Source: Lachnospirales bacterium
Lineage (GTDB): Bacteria; Bacillota; Clostridia; Lachnospirales; CAMZNU01
Length of the DNA stretch: 64,000 bases
Direction: 5' to 3'
Assembly: GCA_047973385.1 (NCBI GenBank)
Contig: JBKEBX010000022.1
Location: forward strand, 11,521 to 75,520
A program made the translations under genes and the position numbers. This document shows positions 9,414 to 20,659 of the stretch, piece after piece; position 1 is the stretch's first letter, and every line of letters starts with the position of its first letter. The notes beneath the pieces were generated by a model. That model was not told where the DNA came from and searched no databases. It saw only the letters and a program-made list of their open reading frames with translations.

Positions 9414-11669
9414 ATGGGAAAACACTTTAGAACAGTATTTATATACTTGCTAATTTTTGCAGGTATTTTGTTGGCCGTATATTTGTCTAATAACGGTAGA
9501 ATAGACTCACAAAGTCATAGTAACATATATTCATACTCGGACCTTGTACATGATCTTACTAATAAAGTTGAGGGTATAGACGATGTTACTATAATGACTA
9601 GCACTAATGTAGATAACTCTGCAACAGTTACTTTTACACACACAGATGATACTACTACATCAAATCACAGTATCTATGTACCAGATCTTGAAACTTTCTT
9701 GCCATTGTTACAAGACTATTCTGATACATTTGATATTCAATATAATACCCTTGAACCTACTCAACAAATTGATTACAGAAGTTTCTTGCTCCCTACTATA
9801 ATCTTTATATTTGTAATTTTTATGCTAATGTTAATTATGCGTCGTGCAAACGGTGGTGATGGTGGTGCTGCCAGTTCTATGAATTTCGGTAAATCACGTG
9901 CAAAAATGATTGTCGATGACTCTGCTTCTGTTACCTTTGATAGCGTAGCTGGACTAGATGAAGAGAAAAAAGAACTTGAGGAAGTTGTAGAATTTTTAAG
10001 CAACCCTACTTCATTTACAAATATAGGTGCAAGAGTTCCAAAAGGTTTCTTGCTCGTTGGCCCTCCTGGTACAGGTAAAACTTTACTTGCTAAAGCTGTT
10101 GCCGGAGAAGCTGGTGTACCTTTTTTCAGTCTATCAGGTTCAGACTTTGTAGAAATGTTTGTTGGTGTTGGTGCTTCAAGGGTTCGTGACTTGTTTGCTC
10201 AAGCAAAGAAAAATAAACCTTGTTTAATTTTTATAGATGAAATTGATGCTGTTGCTAGAAAACGTGGTGCAGGTCTTGGTGGTAGTCATGATGAACGTGA
10301 ACAAACACTTAACCAACTTCTTGTTGAAATGGACGGTTTCGCAACTGATGAAGGTATAATTATACTTGCTGCCACAAACAGAGTTGATATTTTAGACCCT
10401 GCAATTTTGCGACCAGGTCGTTTTGATAGACGTGTTACAATCAACCCACCTGACTTAAAAGGTCGACTTGAAATGTTATATTTACACTCAAACAACAAAA
10501 AAACTAGCGAAGATATTGACTATAAAACTGTAGCTCAACAAACTGTTGGTTTTACAGGTGCGGATATAGAAAACTTACTTAACGAAGCTGCTATTTTAGC
10601 TGTTCGTAAAAACCAAGAAAGTTTTGATATGAACTGTATACGTGAAGCTTACATCAAAGTTAGTGTAGGAATGGAGAAAAAAGAACGTCTTATTTCCGAT
10701 AAAGAAAAACGTATTACTGCATATCATGAAGTAGGCCATGCTATTTTACACGAAATGTTACCCGAACTTGACAGTGTTCAAATAGTATCTATTATCCCAA
10801 CTGGCTCGGCAGGCGGATATACTATGTATGCCCCATCAAATGATATGTCATACACATCTAAAACTAAAATGATTCAAGATATTATTTCGCTTCTAGGTGG
10901 TAGAGTGGCTGAAGACATTTTCTTTAGCGATATTACAACAGGTGCAAGTAACGATATTATGCGTGCTACAAAAATTGCTCGTGCTATGGTTACAAGATTT
11001 GGTATGTCAAATCTTGGTCCTATCCAATATGGCGAAGATGAACATGATGTATTTTTAGGTAGAGATATTTCATCAAGAAATACACTTAGTGAAAGTATTT
11101 CATCACAAATTGATGCAGAAGTTAAAAGTATTATTGATGACGCTTTAGCCACTGCCTACGAAGTAATTAATAAATACAAAGACTATTGTCATGATGCTGC
11201 TGAACTTTTACTTAAAAATGATAAAATTATTGGCAAGGAATTTAGAGCTGTGTTCCCTGAAGGTACTTTCCCTGCTAAAGAAGATATTTTAGATTTAAGC
11301 GACCAAATTGATGAGTATGATGCCGTAGCTAAAGAAAAGGCAAAACGTGCTAAAGAAAATCAAGAAAAGAAACGTTTAGCTAAAGAAAAAATTCGTAAAG
11401 AACGTGAAGAAGCTTTCTATAATAATATTATCAAAAGCAAGAACCAAAATTCAAAAAACAAAGATAATATGACTTATGAAGATTTCATCAAAAATCGTGA
11501 TGAGAAAATGAAAAATCTTGAAAATTTGAAAAAAGCTGATTCAGAGAAAAAAGTTGAATTAAATAATACTGAAAAATCAAAAAATGATGTTAATAAAGAT
11601 GACAAATCAGACGATAACATTGTAGATAGTAAAGATGACAATACCGATGATAACGGTACTGACAAGTAA
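9414..11669 (+). CDS. ftsH: ATP-dependent zinc metalloprotease FtsH
   Basis: 2 [21 protein letters not shown]; long charged C-terminal tail. Confidence 0.97.
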   Translation: MGKHFRTVFIYLLIFAGILLAVYLSNNGRIDSQSHSNIYSYSDLVHDLTNKVEGIDDVTIMTSTNVDNSATVTFTHTDDTTTSNHSIYVPDLETFLPLLQDYSDTFDIQYNTLEPTQQIDYRSFLLPTIIFIFVIFMLMLIMRRANGGDGGAASSMNFGKSRAKMIVDDSASVTFDSVAGLDEEKKELEEVVEFLSNPTSFTNIGARVPKGFLLVGPPGTGKTLLAKAVAGEAGVPFFSLSGSDFVEMFVGVGASRVRDLFAQAKKNKPCLIFIDEIDAVARKRGAGLGGSHDEREQTLNQLLVEMDGFATDEGIIILAATNRVDILDPAILRPGRFDRRVTINPPDLKGRLEMLYLHSNNKKTSEDIDYKTVAQQTVGFTGADIENLLNEAAILAVRKNQESFDMNCIREAYIKVSVGMEKKERLISDKEKRITAYHEVGHAILHEMLPELDSVQIVSIIPTGSAGGYTMYAPSNDMSYTSKTKMIQDIISLLGGRVAEDIFFSDITTGASNDIMRATKIARAMVTRFGMSNLGPIQYGEDEHDVFLGRDISSRNTLSESISSQIDAEVKSIIDDALATAYEVINKYKDYCHDAAELLLKNDKIIGKEFRAVFPEGTFPAKEDILDLSDQIDEYDAVAKEKAKRAKENQEKKRLAKEKIRKEREEAFYNNIIKSKNQNSKNKDNMTYEDFIKNRDEKMKNLENLKKADSEKKVELNNTEKSKNDVNKDDKSDDNIVDSKDDNTDDNGTDK

Positions 11670-11676
11670 AATACTT

Positions 11677-11716
11677 TAAAGCCTGTATAAGCTAATATAA
11701 TACAGGCTTTATTTTT
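11677..11716 (+). terminator. Intrinsic terminator after ftsH
   Basis: TAAAGCCTGTAT...ATACAGGCTTTA then T run. Confidence 0.8.
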
Positions 11717-11810
11717 AAAAACGGTTAAAACTTTTGCTTTCTACTGGATTACACATTCCGATTAGTCTTCCCACCACCTACGTTACACCTATAGGTTTGT
11801 TACTTGACTT

Positions 11811-11886
11811 GGTATCATTGCAAAATGCAATTTATGCCAAAATTTCCAATGTAAATTCAAGACATTGCAAAATATAGAAACTTTCC
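11811..11886 (+). repeat. Degenerate composite of MITE-family ends
   Basis: GGTATCATTGCAAAA start and GACATTGCAAAATATAGAAACTTTCC (left end fused to right end). Confidence 0.5.
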
Positions 11887-11916
11887 TAATAAATATGAAA
11901 GATTGAGGTGATTATT

Positions 11917-12840
11917 TTGAATTTTATTGACAAAGTTAAAAAAAGTATTTTTTATGAATTTGTTATGAAAGTACAAGAAAATGAATTAACTTACTTAGCG
12001 TCTGAACTTACACTAAAGATTATTGTTGCTATGTTCCCTTTCCTTATGTTTCTTATAGCCGTTTTAGGTACTTTAGACCTTCAAGTAACATCGCTTATTA
12101 ACTTTTTTGGCGATTCATTTCCTGATAGTATAATAGACATTTTGAATATGTTTTTAAAATCTATTTCAAAAACAGGTTCTGCATCAAGTATTATGTCTGT
12201 TTCATTACTTGTTGCTATATTCTCTGCTGCAAGTGGTTTTAGTGCTGTAAATCGTGGTATAAATAAAACCTATGGTGTTACTGAAAATCGAAACTTTATA
12301 CATAAAAAAGTTATTTCCGTGTGTCAAGTTTTGCTTTTCACCTTCGCCATTGTTTTATCTATGTTTACTATGATATTTGGTGACGTGATTATCAACGCAC
12401 TTAGTGTATTTGAAGTAGTTAACTTTTTAGAATTTGACTTTCCCTATGAGAAAGTTCTTAGCATAATCGTATTTTCTATAATGACATTGCTTATTATGAT
12501 TATATATTCAATCGGTTCATCATATAAGGTTAAGTTTATAAGTACCCTACCTGGCTCAATTTTTACACTTATTTTTTGGGCTTTAAGTTCTAAAGTCTAT
12601 AATATTTATATAAACAACTTTTCTAAATATTCTGCTGTTTATGGTACTCTTGGAACTATACTTATTTTCATAGCTTGGCTTAATATTATTTCCATAGTTC
12701 TGCTTATAGGTAGCCAAATAAACGCAATGATATATTCATCAAATTTCTATAAAAATCTTTCTGTAAAAAATGTTGCTTCAGCAATAAAAGATAAGCTAGT
12801 TGCACTAAAAAATTTAGTGTTTGGTAAAGAAAAAATATAA
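11917..12840 (+). CDS. YihY/virulence factor BrkB family membrane protein
   Basis: Multi-TM; YSAVYGTLG...AWLNIISIVLLIGSQIN signature. Confidence 0.9.
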   Translation: MNFIDKVKKSIFYEFVMKVQENELTYLASELTLKIIVAMFPFLMFLIAVLGTLDLQVTSLINFFGDSFPDSIIDILNMFLKSISKTGSASSIMSVSLLVAIFSAASGFSAVNRGINKTYGVTENRNFIHKKVISVCQVLLFTFAIVLSMFTMIFGDVIINALSVFEVVNFLEFDFPYEKVLSIIVFSIMTLLIMIIYSIGSSYKVKFISTLPGSIFTLIFWALSSKVYNIYINNFSKYSAVYGTLGTILIFIAWLNIISIVLLIGSQINAMIYSSNFYKNLSVKNVASAIKDKLVALKNLVFGKEKI

Positions 12841-12842
12841 AT

Positions 12843-12968
12843 GGCGACCTTGCAAAATGTAGAAAAATCCATTTTCATAATAAATAATGGCTTTGTGAAG
12901 TTTGTCAAAAACATGAAAGTTTGGTTTTCTTTTGCAATGTGCCATTATTTCAATTTTCCAACGTTTCC
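12843..12968 (+). mobile_element. MITE-like repeat, full-length copy (126 bp)
   Basis: GGCGACCTTGCAAAA...CCAACGTTTCC; highly similar to reverse complement of 56011-56129; flanked by AAAT/AAAT. Confidence 0.8.
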
Positions 12969-12972
12969 AAAT

Positions 12973-13028
12973 AAAAAGGGGCTGTAAGAAAACTCACCAA
13001 TAATTCTAGTGAGATTTATTACAGCCCC
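12973..13028 (-). terminator. Terminator of the dnaG-sigA-ytvI unit
   Basis: GGGGCTGTAA...TTACAGCCCC stem with T tail on the minus strand. Confidence 0.75.
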
Positions 13029-13049
13029 AAACTATTTTTATTACATAAA

Positions 13050-14123
13050 CTATAAATCTGTTTTTTCAACATTACTTTTCATTTTTTCATTAACTGCAAA
13101 AAACTGTTTTGCCACAATAAGCATAAACGGACCTACAATTAGTCCAAAGAACCCTATTAGCCTTAAACCTATATACATAGACATAAGCAATAACAATGGA
13201 TGAATTTCAAGTTTCTCACCTAAAAATCTTGGTTCTAAAAACTGTCTAGTAAGCAAAATAATAACATAGGTTACAAATAGTGATACACCTATAAAATACT
13301 GTTGATTAATTAAATAGTATACACCCATTGGCCATAAGAAAAACCCCGAACCAAAAAATGGTAGCACATCAATAATCGCTATCCCTATTGCAATTAACAA
13401 TGAATATTTTATACCTAGAATTATTAAAGATATTAAGGCAATAGTAAAAGTAACGGACATCAGTTTAAGTTGTGTAGACACATAACCTGATATTACTGTT
13501 AATCCACTATTTTTAAAATGAAGCAAATATTCTTTTACTTTAACTGGGGTATACTTTCTTACAACTTTAGCTACAAGTTCCCTATCTCGCATAAAAAAGT
13601 AACTAGATATACAACCCATTATAATTATACTAACTGCACTCTTTGCAAACTCAAAAACATTTTGAGGTAACTCTTTAAAAGTCCCAACAAAATATGTAGA
13701 TATGCCTTTAAGCAAGTTTGAGAACATACTTATAGAAAACTCTTCAATAAAGTTTGGTAAAATATATATAAACTCATCAAGCCAATAAATAACCTTATCA
13801 TATGCAACTATAACATTTACGTATATCGTTTCATAATTAGCAATTAAATCTCTACTTTGGCTTACTATCGCTTGTATCAATAGGGCTATAAAAGAACCTA
13901 TTATTACAACAAAAAAAACTAAACTAAGGGCAGCTGAAAGCCCTTTATTCAGTTTAAATTTGTTCTCACATATGTTAAATATCGGACGTAACATCCATGA
14001 AATAATATATCCAACTATAAAAGGAGCAAACAAAAATAATACAAGTTTATAACCTAAAATAAGTATAATAATTGATGCGATAAAAATCCCTACTTTTTTT
14101 ACAAAGTCATTAACTTGTATCAT
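13050..14123 (-). CDS. ytvI: Sporulation integral membrane protein YtvI (AI-2E family)
   Basis: DVLPFFGSG, RQFLEPRFLGEKLEIHPL, GLIVGP motifs. Confidence 0.85.
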   Translation of the reverse strand: MIQVNDFVKKVGIFIASIIILILGYKLVLFLFAPFIVGYIISWMLRPIFNICENKFKLNKGLSAALSLVFFVVIIGSFIALLIQAIVSQSRDLIANYETIYVNVIVAYDKVIYWLDEFIYILPNFIEEFSISMFSNLLKGISTYFVGTFKELPQNVFEFAKSAVSIIIMGCISSYFFMRDRELVAKVVRKYTPVKVKEYLLHFKNSGLTVISGYVSTQLKLMSVTFTIALISLIILGIKYSLLIAIGIAIIDVLPFFGSGFFLWPMGVYYLINQQYFIGVSLFVTYVIILLTRQFLEPRFLGEKLEIHPLLLLMSMYIGLRLIGFFGLIVGPFMLIVAKQFFAVNEKMKSNVEKTDL

Positions 14124-14144
14124 ATTTGCCTCCCTAAAATTTTA

Positions 14145-15311
14145 CTACATATCTAAATAATCTCTTAATTTCTTACTTCTATTTGGATGTCTAAGCTTTC
14201 TAAGTGCCTTCGCCTCAATCTGTCTTATACGCTCACGTGTAACTTTAAACTCTCCACCAACTTCTTCTAATGTCCTAGCTCTACCGTCCTCAAGACCAAA
14301 TCTTAAAATTAAAACTTTTCTTTCTCTTTCTTGTAAATCATTCATCAAAACTTCTCTTATGTGTTCATTTAAAAGTATCGATGCTGCAGCCTCTGAAGGT
14401 TCTGGATTTAAGTTATCAGAGATAAAGTCGCCTAAATGTGAATCTTCTTCTTCGCCAATTGGTTTTTCTAAAGATGTTGGTTCTTGTGAAATTTTCATAA
14501 TTTCTCTAACTTTTTCAACAGGCAAATCCATTTCTACTGAAAGTTCTTCAACTGTTGCATCTCGTCCAAGTTCTTGTAATTTCTGTCTTTGACAACGCAG
14601 TAATTTGTTTATTGTTTCAACCATATGAACAGGTATACGGATTGTTCTAGCTTGGTCAGCAATTGATCTTGTTATAGCTTGACGTATCCACCAAGTAGCA
14701 TAAGTTGAAAATTTAAAGTTACGTTCATGGTCAAACTTCTCAACAGCCTTTATAAGACCAAGGTTACCCTCTTGAACTAAATCAAGGAAGTGCATACCTC
14801 TATTTGTATATTTTTTACCTATGGAAATAACAAGTCTAAGGTTAGCCTCAATAAGCTTTTGTCTAGCTTCTTCATCGCCTTCTTTCATACGTTTTGAAAG
14901 TTCTTTTTCCTCATCTGCAGTAAGCAGTGGAATTTTACCAATTTCTTTTAGGTACATTCTTACATGGTCATCAATATTAAAGTTTTTTTCAACAGCCTCA
15001 ATATCGTAGGTTACTTCTGGTTCTTCTTCGTCTTTAAGTTCTTCATCTGGTACGTCATCTATATCCTCTAAATCACTTAAAGGATCTGACGTTGAGATTA
15101 TATCAAGCATATCAACATTATCTGTTATGCTAATCCCCTCGTTATCAAGATACTCTGTTATATTTGAAAAAAGACTTACGCTTACATCTCTGTCACTAAA
15201 AAACTCTTTGATTTCCTTAGAGGATATACTATTATTGTTTTGAAACGCTTTAGCCTTAAGTTCCTCTAATTTTTTTAAAAATTCTTCTTGCTTTTTCTTA
15301 TTCATGTCCAA
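14145..15311 (-). CDS. sigA: Primary sigma factor SigA/RpoD
   Basis: [37 protein letters not shown]; follows dnaG. Confidence 0.98.
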   Translation of the reverse strand: MDMNKKKQEEFLKKLEELKAKAFQNNNSISSKEIKEFFSDRDVSVSLFSNITEYLDNEGISITDNVDMLDIISTSDPLSDLEDIDDVPDEELKDEEEPEVTYDIEAVEKNFNIDDHVRMYLKEIGKIPLLTADEEKELSKRMKEGDEEARQKLIEANLRLVISIGKKYTNRGMHFLDLVQEGNLGLIKAVEKFDHERNFKFSTYATWWIRQAITRSIADQARTIRIPVHMVETINKLLRCQRQKLQELGRDATVEELSVEMDLPVEKVREIMKISQEPTSLEKPIGEEEDSHLGDFISDNLNPEPSEAAASILLNEHIREVLMNDLQERERKVLILRFGLEDGRARTLEEVGGEFKVTRERIRQIEAKALRKLRHPNRSKKLRDYLDM

Positions 15312-15319
15312 CCTCTTTC

Positions 15320-17056
15320 CTAAATATATAACCTAACAACTTTATCCCGTAATTCACTAAGTTCAACAACTTCGTTAATATCAGTAACCTCAACACTCCT
15401 AACTTCTATGTAATACAAAACAATAACTTTTATAGCATCGTTTAAAACTTTTTGATTTTTATCAACGTCATAATCTCTATATGTCATAAAAACTTTTGAA
15501 ATCTTGTTTTTATCTTCAAGTTCTTCAAAATAATCTACTAAACTATTTACGGTATAATCTTTTTTTTGTTTATTTAAATCGCAAATAAGTTCATATAATT
15601 TTTTATATATATCATCTATAATATATTTACTATGGAAATTATTTATAACTTTTTCTGTATATTCTTTGCTATATACTAAAATATTACATAAGTCAATACA
15701 AGCTAGTTCAACGTTTTTAGGTGTTGCATTTTTAGTAGCAGAATTTCTAATATACATTTTTTGTTTACTCATTTCGCTATAACTATCATTAGATTTAAGC
15801 TGTTTTTTTATAAGCTCAACATCTATTTTAGCATAGTTTGAAAATCTTTCTAAATAAACTTCACGTTCAATATCATTGTTTAAAGCATTTAAGATTTTAA
15901 TAATTTCTTCAATAAATTCTAGTCTTTCTGTGGCATCATCTAAATCATATTCATCTTTTAGACATTCCATTTTAAATATAATATTATCAACAGAATTTTT
16001 AAGCAATTTATCAAATGCCTCTTTGCCAAACTTTTTTACATACTCATCAGGGTCTTTAGCGTCATTTAATCTAACAACCTTCACTTTAACCCCATTATCA
16101 ATTAAAAATGGAATAGCCCTATTTATAGCTTTGACACCTGCTTCATCATTATCAAAAAGCAAATTAACTTTATCGCAATATTTCTTTAAAGTTTTAACAT
16201 GATTGTCATTAAACGCAGTTCCAAGAGCTGCTACAACATTTTTAACCCCATATTGATACAACATAAGAGCATCCATGTATCCCTCAACTAAAATTAACTC
16301 ACGTCCTGATATATTTTTTGCATAATTCAGATTATACAAGATTTTACTTTTATTAAAAATCGGTGTTTCTGGTGAGTTTAAATATTTAGGCATACCATCG
16401 CCTAAAATTCTACCTCCAAAAGCCACAACTTTACCGTATACATCAAATATAGGAAACATGACTCTATTTATAAATTTATCATAAAACTTCCCGTTTTTAT
16501 TATTAACTAAACCACTTAATATTATTATATCGTCATCATATCCCTCTTTTTTTAAGAAATCATACAAATCATTAAAACTTTTTGTAGCATATCCTATTCC
16601 AAACTTTCGTTGTATACTAAGAGAAATACCTCTATCATTCACATAGTTTAAAGCTTCATGCCCATTAGAACTTTGTAAATTAAGGTAGAAAAATCTAGCT
16701 GCTTTGGTGTGTATCTCTATAAGTTTTTCTTTCTGAAGCTTTTTTTCTTCATAATCTTCTTTAGAAACTTCAAGATTTATACTGTTTAAATCAGCTAAAT
16801 GTTGTATAGCATCTAAAAAATCGTAATTTTCAATTTGCATAATAAATGTAATAGCATTTCCTGACGCACCACAACCAAAACAGTGATATAGTTGTTTGTC
16901 TGTTGACACATTAAAAGAAGGTGTAGATTCTTTATGAAAAGGACAAAGACCCATGTATCTGTTTCCGTTACCTTTTAAATCAACATATGATGAAACAAGA
17001 CTTAGCAAATCCGTACTTTCCCGAACGTTATCAATTGCTTCTTGACTTAACCTCAT
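15320..17056 (-). CDS. dnaG: DNA primase
   Basis: CPFH...CFGC zinc finger, [20 protein letters not shown]. Confidence 0.97.
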   Translation of the reverse strand: MRLSQEAIDNVRESTDLLSLVSSYVDLKGNGNRYMGLCPFHKESTPSFNVSTDKQLYHCFGCGASGNAITFIMQIENYDFLDAIQHLADLNSINLEVSKEDYEEKKLQKEKLIEIHTKAARFFYLNLQSSNGHEALNYVNDRGISLSIQRKFGIGYATKSFNDLYDFLKKEGYDDDIIILSGLVNNKNGKFYDKFINRVMFPIFDVYGKVVAFGGRILGDGMPKYLNSPETPIFNKSKILYNLNYAKNISGRELILVEGYMDALMLYQYGVKNVVAALGTAFNDNHVKTLKKYCDKVNLLFDNDEAGVKAINRAIPFLIDNGVKVKVVRLNDAKDPDEYVKKFGKEAFDKLLKNSVDNIIFKMECLKDEYDLDDATERLEFIEEIIKILNALNNDIEREVYLERFSNYAKIDVELIKKQLKSNDSYSEMSKQKMYIRNSATKNATPKNVELACIDLCNILVYSKEYTEKVINNFHSKYIIDDIYKKLYELICDLNKQKKDYTVNSLVDYFEELEDKNKISKVFMTYRDYDVDKNQKVLNDAIKVIVLYYIEVRSVEVTDINEVVELSELRDKVVRLYI

Positions 17057-17103
17057 ATCACTCACCTTCTAAAACATTACCATTACAACTGCTCTACTAC
17101 TAT

Positions 17104-17130
17104 ATTAGACAAAAAACTTTAAAACCCTTT
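17104..17130 (-). promoter_or_regulatory. Putative SigH promoter upstream of dnaG
   Basis: AAAGGGTTT-N11-GTCTAAT versus SigH consensus RNAGGAWWW-N11/12-RNNGAAT. Confidence 0.4.
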
Positions 17131-17148
17131 TTCATAATAAAAATTTTG

Positions 17149-18420
17149 TTATATTTTAAATGATTTTAATTTATTCGACATTCTTTCATCACAATATAAG
17201 GATAATTTTATACCTGTTTCTATATATTCTTCCTCTAAAACTTCACAATTATCGTGTACTTCTGCTGTAAGCTTACCTTCTGTAAATGGCAAAATAACAT
17301 TTATACTTTTTCTAAAACTTTTAAGAACATTTTCAATTTCAGTTTTAAGCACTTCAAGATTTTCTCCTGTTTTAGCACTTATTTCAACAGTAGTAAAATA
17401 TTTATCTCTTTTAACAATAGGGTATTCAATTCCCCTATCTATTTTATTATATACTAAGATTACCGGTTTATCCTTAACTCCAATTTCTTCCAAAGTATTT
17501 TCTACTACCTTTATATGTTCTTCTCTCGATTTATCGCTACCATCAACAACATGGACTAAAACATCGGCAAACACAAGTTCCTCAAGTGTTGATTTAAAAG
17601 CTTTTATTAAAGTTGTAGGTAGCTTTTGAATGAATCCAACTGTATCCATAAGTATGATTTTACTGCCATTTACAAGTTCTACATTTCTTGCCGTAGTATC
17701 AAGTGTTGCAAAAAGCATATCTTCAGCTAAAATATCTGAATTAGATAAAGCATTTAAAATTGTTGATTTTCCTGCATTTGTATAACCAACAAGAGAAACA
17801 ATATAGTTATTATTTCTTTTTCTATTATACCTTAGCACTTCTCTATGTTTTTCAATTTCTTTTAATTCTTTGTTCAAATTTGCTATTTTGTCATTTATGT
17901 TACGTCTATCAAGCTCTAACTTCTTTTCACCAACTCCCTTAGTACCAATTCCACCACCTTGTCGTGACATCTCAATACCTTGACCTAAAAGTCTTGACTT
18001 CTTATACCTAAGCATAGCAAGTTCAACTTGTATTTTACCTTCGTTACTTGTTGCACGACCAGCAAAAATCTCAAGTATAATACCTGTTCTATCTAAAATC
18101 TTAACTCCTAAATCTGCAGCTAAGTTTTTACTTTGTACAGATGTAAGCTCATCATCGAAAACAACTAAATCAGCTTCATATCCTTCTATAAGTTCTTTTA
18201 TCTCTTCAACTTTACCTTTACCCACATAATGTTTAACATGAGGTTTGTCAAGTTTTTGAGTAACCGAGCAAACTACCTCACCACCAACAGTTACAACTAG
18301 CTCCTCAAGTTCTTCTAAAGATGTTTCTGTATCTAAAATACCACTATTAGAATCAATGGCAACTAAAATCGCTTTTTCTTTTATTACTTTATTTTCGTAT
18401 AAGTTTTCTTCAGATTTCAT
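17149..18420 (-). CDS. hflX: GTPase HflX
   Basis: GYTNAGKST, LFATLDTT, DTVGFI, NKID. Confidence 0.96.
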   Translation of the reverse strand: MKSEENLYENKVIKEKAILVAIDSNSGILDTETSLEELEELVVTVGGEVVCSVTQKLDKPHVKHYVGKGKVEEIKELIEGYEADLVVFDDELTSVQSKNLAADLGVKILDRTGIILEIFAGRATSNEGKIQVELAMLRYKKSRLLGQGIEMSRQGGGIGTKGVGEKKLELDRRNINDKIANLNKELKEIEKHREVLRYNRKRNNNYIVSLVGYTNAGKSTILNALSNSDILAEDMLFATLDTTARNVELVNGSKIILMDTVGFIQKLPTTLIKAFKSTLEELVFADVLVHVVDGSDKSREEHIKVVENTLEEIGVKDKPVILVYNKIDRGIEYPIVKRDKYFTTVEISAKTGENLEVLKTEIENVLKSFRKSINVILPFTEGKLTAEVHDNCEVLEEEYIETGIKLSLYCDERMSNKLKSFKI

Positions 18421-18451
18421 ATATCCTCCTACTATCTGCTTATTTTTCACT

Positions 18452-18483
18452 AAAAAAAGCCACCAACAAACAAGTTAGTGGCT
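18452..18483 (-). terminator. Terminator after yjfB-like gene
   Basis: AGCCAC...GTGGCT stem with T7 tail on the minus strand. Confidence 0.7.
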
Positions 18484-18500
18484 CTATTCAAACAATAATT

Positions 18501-18689
18501 TTACACGCTAACATCAAGCAACCCTGCTGAATTTGGATCAACTGGTGCTACTGGCACAGTATCCATCATTTTCATAAGAGCTGCAGATTGTTGTTCTGCA
18601 CTTTCCATAGATTGTTTGAGCATAGAAATGCTAACTTGTTGTCCTACTTTTGCACTTGACATCGCTATTGATAAAGCTGCTATATCCAT
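18501..18689 (-). CDS. YjfB-family putative motility protein
   Basis: MDIAALSIAMS...SMLKQSME...LDVSV pattern; sigma28-like promoter upstream. Confidence 0.8.
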   Translation of the reverse strand: MDIAALSIAMSSAKVGQQVSISMLKQSMESAEQQSAALMKMMDTVPVAPVDPNSAGLLDVSV

Positions 18690-18733
18690 TTTACTCACTC
18701 CCTCTATAAAATTATTCTTCACGCTATTAAGTT

Positions 18734-18761
18734 ATATCGACATAAACTTATAAAAACATTA
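18734..18761 (-). promoter_or_regulatory. Putative sigma28 promoter
   Basis: TAAT-N16-GTCGATAT. Confidence 0.6.
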
Positions 18762-18819
18762 GTAAAAAATCTTTTTTTATTTTATTATTTTTTTGTTGCT
18801 TAGATTTTATAACATTTTA

Positions 18820-19968
18820 TTATACATTATGTCTATTTTCATCAATATCATTACTATCTTTTTCTTTTTGTTCCTTATTTAACTTTTTTTCAGTGTCTTT
18901 CATACTTGCTCTAAGTTTTGCATTTTTAACTTTATATGAAATAGATATTGCAAATAAAACAAAAACACATAATATTAAAAGTAGAACGGCTCTATAATCT
19001 CTAACAGCAATTACAAGGGCAAGCATTGCACAAACAAAGGACACACAGTATAAAATTGCAACAGTTTGCTTTTCATTAAAACCTGCATCATAAATTCTAT
19101 GATGTAAGTGTCCTCTATCAGCCGTCATAATCGGTTTACCTGAAAGTAGTCGTCTAATCATAGCAAAACCAACATCAAATATAGGAAAAGCTAACACCAA
19201 AACACTTATAACAATAGATAAAAGTGCATAGCTTTTAAACAAACCTAAAATAGATGCAACTGATAAAACATATCCTAAAAACATTGCACCTGTATCACCC
19301 ATAAATATTTCAGACGGGTAAAAGTTTCTAGGCAAAAAACCCAAGCAACTACCAGCAAGCGACGCTGATAAAATAACAGATATAGGAGAACCACTTAGAA
19401 AGCACAAAACCGTCAAAAATAAAGAACTAATAGCAGATACTCCTGCAGCTAAGCCATCTATACCATCTATTATATTCATCGCATTTATAATACCTACAAT
19501 CCATATGAGTGTTATACCTTTATTAAGCCATTGTGCCTCAATGGGTACTGTTAAAGGATAGTCAATAAAGTCAACAGTTATACCAAAACTAATAACAACA
19601 ACTGCAACGACTATTTGGCAGAAAAGTTTAACTTTGGCTGGCATAGTGTATTTATCATCTAAAAGTCCTACTATAAAAATCAAAACACCACCTATTAGAA
19701 AACCTGTAAACTCTTTATAAAAAATTTCCCTTGGCATTCCTTGTAAATCTGGTGTATAAAAAAATAATAATAATACTCCTGCATAGAAACCTGCAAAAAT
19801 AGCAACTCCGCCTAAAAGACCTTTAGGTTCTTTATGCATTGAACGCTCATTCGGAGTAGCTAAAACATTAAGCTTTTTTGATAAAGTCTTTGTATATGGC
19901 GTAAGCAATAAAGATACACTAAAAGCTATAAAAAAAGCTAATAGGTAAAATGTAAAATCTTCTTGCAT
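18820..19968 (-). CDS. tagO: Undecaprenyl-phosphate GlcNAc-1-phosphate transferase (TagO/WecA)
   Basis: GLLDD, NAMNIIDGIDGLA, FMGDTG, DRGHLHH. Confidence 0.88.
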   Translation of the reverse strand: MQEDFTFYLLAFFIAFSVSLLLTPYTKTLSKKLNVLATPNERSMHKEPKGLLGGVAIFAGFYAGVLLLFFYTPDLQGMPREIFYKEFTGFLIGGVLIFIVGLLDDKYTMPAKVKLFCQIVVAVVVISFGITVDFIDYPLTVPIEAQWLNKGITLIWIVGIINAMNIIDGIDGLAAGVSAISSLFLTVLCFLSGSPISVILSASLAGSCLGFLPRNFYPSEIFMGDTGAMFLGYVLSVASILGLFKSYALLSIVISVLVLAFPIFDVGFAMIRRLLSGKPIMTADRGHLHHRIYDAGFNEKQTVAILYCVSFVCAMLALVIAVRDYRAVLLLILCVFVLFAISISYKVKNAKLRASMKDTEKKLNKEQKEKDSNDIDENRHNV

Positions 19969-19982
19969 ACTGTTTTTTCCTC

Positions 19983-20615
19983 CTACTTAGTTCCAAAAAG
20001 TCTATCTCCTGCATCACCAAGACCTGGGATAATATATCCATGCTCGTTTAAGTGACTATCATGAGATGCTGTGTATATTTCAACATCTGGATGAACTTCT
20101 TGTAATCTTTTCACACCCTCTGGGCATGAAATTAAACATAAAAATTTTATGTCTTTAACTCCACGTTTTTTAAGTGCATCAATAGACATAACTGCTGTAC
20201 CACCTGTTGCAAGCATTGGGTCAATTAGGAAAACTTTACGGTTTTCACAATCAACAGGTAACTTACAGTAATATTCTGTTGGCTCTAAAGTGTCTGGGTC
20301 ACGGTATAACCCAATATGTCCAACTTTAGCCGTTGGAAGAAGTGTATGCATACCATTTACCATACCAATACCAGCTCTTAAAACGGGAACTATTCCAAAA
20401 TTCACATCATCATCTAACATATCAACCTCAAATTCACCATTTGGAGTTGGGATAGTTCTTTTAGACAATTCTAAATCTCTTGTAGCTTCATAACAAAGTA
20501 AAGTTGCGATTTCTTCAACAACCTCCCTAAATTCTTTAAAACCTGTTTGACTGTTCCTTAGCATTGATACTTTGTGTTTAATTAATGGATGTTCAACTAT
20601 ATGAAGTGTAGACAT
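19983..20615 (-). CDS. upp: Uracil phosphoribosyltransferase
   Basis: DPMLATGG, YIIPGLGDAGDRLFGTK. Confidence 0.98.
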   Translation of the reverse strand: MSTLHIVEHPLIKHKVSMLRNSQTGFKEFREVVEEIATLLCYEATRDLELSKRTIPTPNGEFEVDMLDDDVNFGIVPVLRAGIGMVNGMHTLLPTAKVGHIGLYRDPDTLEPTEYYCKLPVDCENRKVFLIDPMLATGGTAVMSIDALKKRGVKDIKFLCLISCPEGVKRLQEVHPDVEIYTASHDSHLNEHGYIIPGLGDAGDRLFGTK

Positions 20616-20659
20616 TCACAATTCCTCCTTATGTTTGTTTTAATGGTTGCCTAATGTAA

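Noticed and set aside
11300-11669. FtsH K/D/N-rich tail as a fused novel domain
   Set aside because: Low-complexity and likely disordered; variable tails are common in FtsH
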